Shown here: piece after piece, positions 1-7,443 of the stretch | Numbering within the stretch: position 1 is the first letter of the stretch | How the letters are laid out: each line of letters starts with the position of its first letter | Source: Delftia acidovorans NBRC 14950 | GTDB lineage: Bacteria; Pseudomonadota; Gammaproteobacteria; Burkholderiales; Burkholderiaceae_C | Length of the DNA: 32,000 nt | Assembly: GCF_001598795.1 (NCBI RefSeq) | Contig: NZ_BCZP01000029.1 | Coordinates: 32,317-64,316, forward strand | Reading direction: 5' to 3' | Notes under the pieces: generated by a model | Database searches by the model: none | The model's input: only the letters and a program-made list of their open reading frames with translations | Told to the model about the DNA's origin: nothing | Program-made: the position numbers and the translations under genes

Positions 1-780
1 CACCGGGCCTTGCAGGCGCAGCATGATATCGACCCAGGGCGCGTAGCGGGCCTTGACGGCGAAGGCCTCGTCCGCGCAGTTCTGGCTGCCGCAATAGGTG
101 ATGGCACCATCGATCACGGTGATCTTGCGGTGGTTGCGCAGGTCCAGCCGGCTGGTGAACATCACCCTGAACGGGTGGCTGGCCGGCAGGGCCACGGCCA
201 GTTGCACACCGGCCTGCGCCATCTGCTGCCAGAGGTCGGAGCGCAGCAGCGCGCGCGAGCCCAGCCCGTCCACCATGGCGCGGCAGACCACGCCACGCCG
301 GGCCGCGCGCACCAGCGCCTGGGCCACGGCCGTTCCCGTGTCATCGGCCAGCCAGATGTAGTAGAGCACGTTGATCTCGTGCCGGGCGGCCTCCATGTCG
401 GCCAGCATGCGAGCGCGGGCCTGGGCACCATCGGCCATGAGCTGCGCGGCGTGGCCCGGCTGTACGGGAAAGCGGTTGATGGACGCCGCATAGCCAAAGG
501 CCGCCTGCCATTGCGGCGCGATGCCCGCCACCGGCACGCCGCTGCCCGTGACCGGGGCGCCGTGCGCAAAGTCCTGCACCTTGCGGTACCGGGCCCGGCC
601 TCGGCGGCGCAGCGTCACCTCGCCAAACAGGTAGTACAGCGCGCAGCTCGCATAGGGGAGCAGCACGATGACGGTGAGCCAGCCCATGCGCACGTCGGGC
701 CGCACATCGTCGCGCAGCAGGATGCGCAGGCCAAAGCCTGCAATGAGCAGCAGATGCAATGCAAGAAACAGCCAGGTCAT
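1..780 (-). CDS. cls: Cardiolipin synthase (PLD/HKD superfamily), N-terminal 260 codons; the 3' end lies beyond the window edge
   Basis: The minus-strand frame is open from the ATG (reverse complement (rc) of cat at 778-780) to position 1. It is absent from the ORF track because there is no stop inside the window. The translation MTWLFLALHLLLIAGFGLRILLRDDVRPDVRMGWLTVIVLLPY... has N-terminal TM helices. An HKD motif, NHRKITVIDG, has its N codon at 135-133. The listed + ORF 10..927 is the antisense artefact. Confidence 0.85.
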   Translation of the reverse strand, partial: MTWLFLALHLLLIAGFGLRILLRDDVRPDVRMGWLTVIVLLPYASCALYYLFGEVTLRRRGRARYRKVQDFAHGAPVTGSGVPVAGIAPQWQAAFGYAASINRFPVQPGHAAQLMADGAQARARMLADMEAARHEINVLYYIWLADDTGTAVAQALVRAARRGVVCRAMVDGLGSRALLRSDLWQQMAQAGVQLAVALPASHPFRVMFTSRLDLRNHRKITVIDGAITYCGSQNCADEAFAVKARYAPWVDIMLRLQGPV

Positions 781-1013
781 GCAGCCAGCATAGCCGGGGG
801 CCCTGCGGACGGGATTGCGCGGAAGGGATGTTTCACGGCGGCAAACCTGGATCTGCGCGCGGCCGGCGTCGCCTCAGGTAATGAACCGGCATTCCATGAA
901 CCCGCCGATGCTTGGATTCAACGATAGTGCACACCCACATTTCAGGAACTTTTCCGCTGCATGACGAAAATGACCGCAGCGTGACGGTTATGCCCAGCGA
1001 CTGTGGGCCTGCC

Positions 1014-1036
1014 TGTGGACAAGCTTCGGGACAACC
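1014..1036 (-). promoter_or_regulatory. Tandem DnaA-box-like 9-mers in 12-bp register (TTGTCCACA and TTGTCCCGA on the minus strand)
   Basis: TGTGGACAA lies at 1014-1022 and TCGGGACAA at 1026-1034, in the same orientation with a 3-bp gap. The same architecture occurs at 14311-14331 and 14618-14638. Confidence 0.3.
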
Positions 1037-1146
1037 CTGCATTGCCGCGCCAGCCATGGGTTTGCCGCAGGCGCTGAAAAAACAGGCAGATCGCGCAGAT
1101 GCCGCAATGTTTCACGCGGCCGGGCTGCGCCGTGCAGGCAGGCGCC

Positions 1147-1494
1147 TCAACGGAAGCGGAAACGGCCTTCGACGAACATGGACGAGCGGTGGCCGCCCTC
1201 GCTGGCCGGGTCGGCAAACGACCAGAAGGCCTGCACCGTGCCCTGGGCCGTGTCGATGACCTGGCTGACGGTGAAGCCCGTTTTCTCGATCCAGTTGAGG
1301 AAGTGCAGGCTGTCGCTGACCTGCAGGTAGCTGAGCCGTTCGCAGCCATCGGATACATGGCCCAGGGAATCGACCACATGCCAGACCATCTGGCCTTGCG
1401 GCGTGTACCGCACATCAGCCTTGCTGTCGGGGAAGTCGATGACCGCTTCGCGCCCGATCAAGGTGCCGGCGTATTGCATGGACAACATGGACAT
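1147..1494 (-). CDS. Small hypothetical protein (115 aa), possibly a MoaF-like beta-barrel
   Basis: This is an internal ATG of ORF 1147..1665. It is preceded by GAGGAG 9 nt upstream (rc of ctcctc at ~1504-1509). The protein MSMLSMQYAGTLIGREAVIDFPDSKADVRYTPQG... has ordinary, non-artefact composition. The family assignment is from memory only. Confidence 0.55.
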   Translation of the reverse strand: MSMLSMQYAGTLIGREAVIDFPDSKADVRYTPQGQMVWHVVDSLGHVSDGCERLSYLQVSDSLHFLNWIEKTGFTVSQVIDTAQGTVQAFWSFADPASEGGHRSSMFVEGRFRFR

Positions 1495-1584
1495 GGTGTG
1501 TTGCTCCTCTGATGCGGGGTTCTGGCCTGACCCGTGATGGCATATTCTCGCGCCGCGCCGCGGGTGTTTGTGGGAGCAGACCGC

Positions 1585-2958
1585 ATGCCTTCGTCGGCAG
1601 CGTGGAGCGGGCACAACGGCCAGCAAGGCGCCGGCATTTCGCAGATACTGCGCGTGCTCCTCCACGGATATCCGATCTTGCCCTCCTCCCCGCTTCCCCC
1701 CTCATCGGCCGACAGCCCCGCTGCCGGCCTGCGCAGCAGCGCCTTCGTCCCCTTCGTCATGGCGCGCATGCTGTCCATGTTCGCCCAGCAGATGCAGGCG
1801 GTGGTCGTGGCCTGGCAGGTGTATGACCTGACGCGCGACCCCATGTCCCTGGCCTACGTGGGACTGGCCCAGTTCCTGCCCATGCTGGCGCTGCTGATTC
1901 CGGCCGGCGACCTCAGCGACCGCATGAGCCGCAAGCGCCTGCTGTCGGGCAGCTGGACCGTGGCCGCCCTGTGCTCCCTGCTGCTGCTGTGGCTGTCCTG
2001 GCACGAGGGCGCGGCCGCGCACGATGTGCACTGGATCTATGCCGTGCTGGTGCTGTTCGGCTGCAGCCGCGCCTTCACGGGGCCGGCCCTGCAAAGCCTG
2101 CTGCCGCAGATCGTGCCGCGCGAGCAGTTGGCCCAGGCGCTGGCCACCAACAGCATGCTGATGCGCACGGCCGCCATTGCGGCGCCTGTGCTGGGCGGAG
2201 TGCTCTACGCCTGGGGCGGCGCCGTGCTGACCTATGCGGTCTGCGGCGTCTCCCTGGTGCTGGCCGTGCTGCTGCTGGGCACAGTGCCCGTGCGCTTTGC
2301 CGGGGCCATGGCGCCGGCGGGCGGCTCGCTGTGGCAGCGCTTTGGCGAAGGCATCCATTTCATCCGCACGCGCCCCATCATCCTGGGCACGATTTCGCTG
2401 GACCTGTTCGCCGTGCTGCTGGGCGGCGTGGTGGCCCTGCTGCCCGTGTATGCGCACGAGGTGCTCAAGGTCGGCCCCGAAGGCCTGGGCCTGCTGCGCT
2501 CGTCCATGACCGTGGGCGAGGTGGCCATGGGCCTGTGGCTGTCGGCCCGTCCCATCCAGCGCCATGTGGGCCGCGTGATGTTCGCCGCCGTGGCCATCTT
2601 CGGCGTGGCCAACCTGGTGTTTGCGCTGTCGCACTGGTTCTGGCTGTCCATGGCCGCCCTGATGCTGGCCGGCGCGGCCGACATGGTGAGTGTCTACATC
2701 CGCTCGGCCCTGGTGCAGTTTTCCACGCCCGACTCCATGCGCGGGCGCGTGAACGCGGTGAACATGCTGTTCATCGGTTCGTCCAACGAACTGGGCGAAT
2801 TCCGCGCCGGCACCAGCGCCGCCTGGCTGGGCGCCGTGCCGGCTGCCGTGGTGGGCAGCCTGTGCACGCTGGGCGTGGTCGGCAGCTGGATGACCCTGTT
2901 CAAGCCGCTGCGTGATGTGGACCGGCTGGAAGACGCGGCCCGCGTGGGCCAGGGCTAA
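1585..2958 (+). CDS. MFS transporter (EntS/MFS_3-like, about 12 TM helices)
   Basis: ORF 1534..2958 is hydrophobic throughout. It contains LRSSAFVPFVMARMLSMFAQQM, typical of the N-terminus of this MFS subfamily. I chose the ATG at 1585 because GGGAG (1572-1576) lies 8 nt upstream. Alternative in-frame starts are 1534 (ATG), 1654 (GTG) and 1678 (TTG). Confidence 0.8.
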   Translation: MPSSAAWSGHNGQQGAGISQILRVLLHGYPILPSSPLPPSSADSPAAGLRSSAFVPFVMARMLSMFAQQMQAVVVAWQVYDLTRDPMSLAYVGLAQFLPMLALLIPAGDLSDRMSRKRLLSGSWTVAALCSLLLLWLSWHEGAAAHDVHWIYAVLVLFGCSRAFTGPALQSLLPQIVPREQLAQALATNSMLMRTAAIAAPVLGGVLYAWGGAVLTYAVCGVSLVLAVLLLGTVPVRFAGAMAPAGGSLWQRFGEGIHFIRTRPIILGTISLDLFAVLLGGVVALLPVYAHEVLKVGPEGLGLLRSSMTVGEVAMGLWLSARPIQRHVGRVMFAAVAIFGVANLVFALSHWFWLSMAALMLAGAADMVSVYIRSALVQFSTPDSMRGRVNAVNMLFIGSSNELGEFRAGTSAAWLGAVPAAVVGSLCTLGVVGSWMTLFKPLRDVDRLEDAARVGQG

Positions 2959-3962
2959 AGCAGCTCGGCCCGCAGCTGCTGCGCACTCCTGGGCGACAGC
3001 AGGCCGGGCGCCACGTCAAACACGGTCTTGCAGCCCGTCTGCCCCGACTGCCCCGACTGCTGCAGCCTGTGCACGGCGCGCGCATAGGCCACGAGCACGC
3101 TGGCCGTGAATTCCGGATTGCTGTCCAGCTGCAGGCGGTATTCGATGGAGTGGTGCAGCCCCTGCGAGCTGCGGCCGCTGCGGATGACGAATCCGCCATG
3201 CGGCATGGCCGCATGGTCACGGGCAAGCTCCTCGGCGCTGATGAAATGCACCGTGGTGTCGTATTCGTCAAAGTAATGCGGCATGCCGACGATGGCCTGG
3301 CGCACGCCATCGGCATCGGCCCCCTGCTCCAGCACCACAAAGCACTCGCGCCGGTGGCGCTCGCGCGCAGACAGTTCGGGCCGCACGCCGCTGCGCACGC
3401 GCTGCACGGCCTCGTCCACGGGAATGGTGTACTGCACACCGCCGGCCACACCGGGAATGCGGCGGATGGCGTCCGAGTGCCCCTGGCTCAGGCCCTTGCC
3501 CCAGAAGGTGTAGGTGGCGCCATCGGGCAGCAGGGCCTCGCCCATGAGGCGTTGCAGGGAGAACATGCCCGGGTCCCATCCCGCCGAGATCAGCGCCGTG
3601 GTGCCGGCTGCGCGGGCAGCGGCATCCACCCGGTCGAAATGCTCGGGAATGCGCGCATGGGTGTCGAAGCTGTCCACCAGGCTGAAATGCGCGGCCAGCG
3701 CGGGCGTCTGCTGCGGCAGGTCGTCCTTGGAGCCGCCGCACAGCACCAGCACGTCGATGCCGGCGCGATGGGCCAGCAGGCTGTCCATGCCGTGCACGGG
3801 CGTGCCGGGCTGCAGCGGACACAGCCGGGCCGGATCACGGCGGGTGTAGATGCCGGCCAGCGCCATGTCGGGGTTGCGGGCAATGGCGGCCTCCACGCCA
3901 CGGCCCAGGTTGCCGTGGCCGACGATGGCGATGCGGATGGGAGCGGTGCTGCGATGGTCCAT
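2955..3962 (-). CDS. ddh: meso-Diaminopimelate D-dehydrogenase
   Basis: The 335-aa protein aligns along its full length, from memory, with Corynebacterium Ddh. Shared segments include IRIAIVGHGNLGR, GWDPGMFS, FWGKGLSQGHSDAIRRIPGV, MPHGGFVIR and NPEFTASV. It has a 4-nt convergent overlap with the MFS stop. Confidence 0.93.
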   Translation of the reverse strand: MDHRSTAPIRIAIVGHGNLGRGVEAAIARNPDMALAGIYTRRDPARLCPLQPGTPVHGMDSLLAHRAGIDVLVLCGGSKDDLPQQTPALAAHFSLVDSFDTHARIPEHFDRVDAAARAAGTTALISAGWDPGMFSLQRLMGEALLPDGATYTFWGKGLSQGHSDAIRRIPGVAGGVQYTIPVDEAVQRVRSGVRPELSARERHRRECFVVLEQGADADGVRQAIVGMPHYFDEYDTTVHFISAEELARDHAAMPHGGFVIRSGRSSQGLHHSIEYRLQLDSNPEFTASVLVAYARAVHRLQQSGQSGQTGCKTVFDVAPGLLSPRSAQQLRAELL

Positions 3963-4156
3963 GCGGTGTGCTGCGTTGCGTTTGAGAGGGTTTCAGAAAC
4001 TCCGGTTCACGCGGCGGCGCAGAACCAGGCGCGATCTTGCATCGCCATCACGCCGCCAGTCGTGCAATGGCAGGCAGCACTGCGTTGCCCTGCACGGGGG
4101 TAGTGCACGGGGGCCTGCATGGGCGGTGGGCGGACAGCGCCTACACTCACGCCCTC

Positions 4157-5026
4157 ATGCTCCAGCCTTCATCCATACCCTCCCTGGCCCAGCCGCCAGA
4201 GCCCGACGACGCGCCGCTGCACATCCTCTGGCGCGACGAGCATCTGGTGGCGGTCTACAAGCCCGCAGGCTGGCTGGTGCACCGCACGGGACTGGATGCG
4301 CACGAGACGCGCTTTGTGCTGCAGACCCTGCGCGACCAATTGGGCTGCCATGTGTACCCCGCGCACCGGCTGGACAAGGGCACTTGCGGGGTGCTGGTCA
4401 TGGCCTTGCATGCCCAGGCCGCCCAGCGGCTGGGCCAGGCCTTTGCCGGGCAGGAAATGCGCAAGCAATACCTGGCGCTGGTGCGGGGCTGGCTGCCGGA
4501 TGCGGTGGAGGTGGACCACGCGCTCAGGCCCGACGATGCGCCCGAGGACGCGCCAGCCCAGCCCGCCCAGACTTCGCTGCGCTGCCTGGCGCGCCTGGAG
4601 TGGCCCGAGGCCTTTGACCCGCGCCACGCGGCCACGCGGATTTCACTGGTCGAGGCCCTGCCCGCCACGGGCCGGCGCCACCAGATACGCCGCCATCTCA
4701 AGCATGTGGCCCATCCCATCATTGGCGACGCCACGCATGGCAAGGGGCCGCTGAACCGCTGGTGGGCCGAGCGGCTGGGCCTGCAGCGGCTGTGGCTGCA
4801 CGCCCATGCGCTGGAGCTGGCGCACCCGATGACGGGCGAGCCGCTGCGCTTCGAGGCCGACTGGCGGCAACTGGGCCATGTGCCCGATGTGCAGCACTGG
4901 CGAGCGCTGTGTGCCCTGCCCGGCTGGCAGGCCTGTGCGGGCCTGCCGGCGACGGCACGGCCGGATCAGACAGCTACGGCAGGCGCGCCCGTTTCAGGCT
5001 GCTCCATCAGCGGCGCTGCCACGTAG
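4157..5026 (+). CDS. truC: RluA-family pseudouridine synthase, TruC-like (tRNA pseudouridine 65)
   Basis: This uses the internal ATG at 4157 of ORF 4037..5026. Motifs present are AVYKPAGWLVH, the catalytic-Asp motif HRLDKGTCGVLV, and GRRHQIRRHL. The last ~60 nt overlap the convergent DHH gene. Confidence 0.8.
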   Translation: MLQPSSIPSLAQPPEPDDAPLHILWRDEHLVAVYKPAGWLVHRTGLDAHETRFVLQTLRDQLGCHVYPAHRLDKGTCGVLVMALHAQAAQRLGQAFAGQEMRKQYLALVRGWLPDAVEVDHALRPDDAPEDAPAQPAQTSLRCLARLEWPEAFDPRHAATRISLVEALPATGRRHQIRRHLKHVAHPIIGDATHGKGPLNRWWAERLGLQRLWLHAHALELAHPMTGEPLRFEADWRQLGHVPDVQHWRALCALPGWQACAGLPATARPDQTATAGAPVSGCSISGAAT

Positions 5027-5958
5027 GCGTAGTCGGCCGAGGCATCGGCCTTGAGCACGCCAGACAGCAGCTCCACCAGGCGCTCGTTGCCCATCTTGAA
5101 GCCGCAGGCCTGGGCATGGCCACCGCCGCCAAAGCTCTCGGCCAGCGGTATGCAGTTGAACTCCGAGCGCGAGCGCAGGCCGATCTTCACGCCCTTGGTG
5201 CTGGCATGCCACATCAGCGCGAAGCTGCCGCTCTGGCGTGCCAGCAGGTCGCCGACCTGGCTGTGGAACATGCCGGGGCAGTTGACCATCAGCCCTTGCA
5301 TGCCGTTGAAGACCAGGGGCTGGGCCGCCTCGGAAATGTCGGCGCACAGCTTCTGGAATTTCTCGTCCATGGCGCCGCCGCGTGCCATGAAGGCGGCTTC
5401 CTGCTCGGGCGTGAAGGCCGCGATCTCGGCCCAGCGCTCGAAGCTGCGCGGCTCCATGTCCAGCGCCGCGAGAAAGCCCGCGCTCTCGGCGAATTCCCAC
5501 TTCCAGATGTCGCGGTCCTCGATGAAGCGGATCAGGCCGGGCACGGGCTTGTCGGCCTGGAAGAACTCCCAGGCCAGGCGCGCGCCGGACTTGTTCATGT
5601 CGAAGTGCACGACGCCGCAGCGGCACTGGTAGCCGCTCAGCTTTTCGGCAGCGCTCTTGTGGTGGTCCAGCACCACGAGCTTGGCCACGCGCGACTCGAT
5701 CTCGGCCATGAGCTCGGGCTCGAAGGCGAAGTCCAGCACGTAGACGGCGCGGCCGGCCAGCTCGCCCAGGTCGTCGGCCTTCTGGATCTCGCCATGGTCC
5801 AGGCCCCGGAATTCAGCCTGCCCGCCGTAGTACAGCCAGGCCGCCAGCGCCGCGCCGTAGCCGTCCGGGCAGCGGCGGCCGTGGTAGAGGATCAGGGGCT
5901 GGGGATCGTCATGCTCGGGGCGCACGAACAATTGCAGGGGCAGGATGGTGTTTTTCAT
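4966..5958 (-). CDS. DHH/DHHA1-family phosphoesterase (NrnA/RecJ-like)
   Basis: This uses the internal ATG (rc of cat at 5956-5958) of ORF 4966..6114. The translation begins MKNTILPLQLFVRPEHDD... It has the DHH motif VVLDHHKS and the DHHA1 motif FGGGGHAQACGF. Confidence 0.8.
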   Translation of the reverse strand: MKNTILPLQLFVRPEHDDPQPLILYHGRRCPDGYGAALAAWLYYGGQAEFRGLDHGEIQKADDLGELAGRAVYVLDFAFEPELMAEIESRVAKLVVLDHHKSAAEKLSGYQCRCGVVHFDMNKSGARLAWEFFQADKPVPGLIRFIEDRDIWKWEFAESAGFLAALDMEPRSFERWAEIAAFTPEQEAAFMARGGAMDEKFQKLCADISEAAQPLVFNGMQGLMVNCPGMFHSQVGDLLARQSGSFALMWHASTKGVKIGLRSRSEFNCIPLAESFGGGGHAQACGFKMGNERLVELLSGVLKADASADYAYVAAPLMEQPETGAPAVAV

Positions 5959-6202
5959 GATGGGGGCGATTGTCGGTCCTGGCGCCATTCCCCTGCACTT
6001 GCTCCAGCGCCCGGGCACCCTGGGCAGCCGGGCATTGCGCGGGCTGCTCGCAAGGAACGTAGCGCAAAGCCTGGGCAGCACAAGGCCTATCACCCCGGCA
6101 GGCGCCGCAGGCAAACCCCAGGACCTATCATGTCCGCCTTGTCATTGAATTGCTGCGACCGCCTGCGGACCCGCTGGGCGTGCAGGCCGCCGCGGCCCCT
6201 GT

Positions 6203-7399
6203 ATGCGATCCACACCCGACATCACCCCCCACCTCGGCTCCCTGCTGAAGTTCCGCCACGACCTGCATGCCAACCCCGAGTTGCGCTACGAGGAGCACCG
6301 CACCGGCGACAAGGTGGCGGCCTACCTGATGGCGCTGGGACTGCAGGTGCACCGCGGGCTGGGCAGGACCGGCGTGGTGGCAAGCATCCACGGCCGGGGG
6401 CGCAGCGCCGCCAACCCGGGCCGCAGCATCGGCATACGGGCCGACATGGATGCGTTGCCGGTGACGGAGCTCAACGCCTTCGGCCACGCCAGCCAGAACC
6501 CGGGCTGCATGCATGCCTGCGGCCATGACGGCCACACGACCATGCTGCTGGGCGCGGCCACGCTGCTGGCGCAGCAGCCGGATTTCGATGGATCGGTGCA
6601 CCTGATCTTCCAGCCCGCCGAGGAAGGCGGCGCAGGCGCCAAGGCCATGATGGAGGACGGCCTGTTCGACCGCTTCCCCTGCGAGGCCGTGTTCGCGCTG
6701 CACAACTGGCCTGCCCTGCCCGCCGGCGAGATGGCGGTGCGCGTGGGGCCCATCATGGCCTCCACGCTGCGCTTCGAGATCCGCGTGCACGGCAAGGGCG
6801 GCCACGCGGCCATGCCCCACACCACGCTGGACCCGATTCCCGTGGCCTGCGCCATCGTCGGCCAGTTGCAGAGCCTGGTGTCGCGCAGCACCGATCCGCT
6901 GGACAGCGCCGTGCTCACCGTGGGCAAGATCACCAGCGGCACGGTGGAGAACATCATTCCCGACGAGGCCAGCATCTTCGGCACGGTGCGCGCCCTCAGG
7001 ACCGAGACGCAGCAGATGTTCATCGAAGGCATGCAGCGCATCAGCGAGCATGTGGCAGCGGCCCATCTGTGCCGCGCCGAGTTCATTCTCAAGCCCGGCT
7101 ATCCCAACACCACCAACCACGCGCACGAGGCCCGCTTCATGGCCGAGGTGATGCGCGAGGCGGTGGGCGAGGACCGCACCCACGCCGACATCCTGCCGGC
7201 CATGACGGCCGAGGACTTCGGCTTCATGCTGGAGGCCGTGCCCGGCGCCTATGGCTGGATAGGCAACGGCCCCGCCACGGGCGAGCCCGGCGTGGGCCTG
7301 CACAACCCCGGCTACGACTTCAACGACGATAACCTGGGGCGCGGCGCACGCTTCTGGGACCTGCTGGCGCGCCGCTGGCTGGAACAGTCCAGGACCTGA
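6203..7399 (+). CDS. M20D-family amidohydrolase (aminoacylase/hippurate hydrolase-like)
   Basis: The 398-aa protein contains LKFRHDLHANPELRYEEHRT, the metal-ligand block MHACGHDGHT, FQPAEEGGAGAK and HNPGYDFND. All are typical of the peptidase M20D family. Confidence 0.88.
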   Translation: MRSTPDITPHLGSLLKFRHDLHANPELRYEEHRTGDKVAAYLMALGLQVHRGLGRTGVVASIHGRGRSAANPGRSIGIRADMDALPVTELNAFGHASQNPGCMHACGHDGHTTMLLGAATLLAQQPDFDGSVHLIFQPAEEGGAGAKAMMEDGLFDRFPCEAVFALHNWPALPAGEMAVRVGPIMASTLRFEIRVHGKGGHAAMPHTTLDPIPVACAIVGQLQSLVSRSTDPLDSAVLTVGKITSGTVENIIPDEASIFGTVRALRTETQQMFIEGMQRISEHVAAAHLCRAEFILKPGYPNTTNHAHEARFMAEVMREAVGEDRTHADILPAMTAEDFGFMLEAVPGAYGWIGNGPATGEPGVGLHNPGYDFNDDNLGRGARFWDLLARRWLEQSRT

Positions 7400-7443
7400 A
7401 CGCCCTCACACGCAGGCTCTTGCGCTGGCCCTCACGCCGGCTT

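Noticed and set aside
10-927. 305-aa + strand ORF at the left edge
   Set aside because: It is antisense to a clear cardiolipin synthase frame (HKD motif, TM helices). Its composition is Arg/Ala/Gly/His-rich, typical of high-GC shadow ORFs.
4762-6528. 588-aa + strand ORF spanning the DHH gene region
   Set aside because: The opposite strand encodes a DHH/DHHA1 protein with both signature motifs. This ORF has no recognisable motifs and a shadow-ORF composition.
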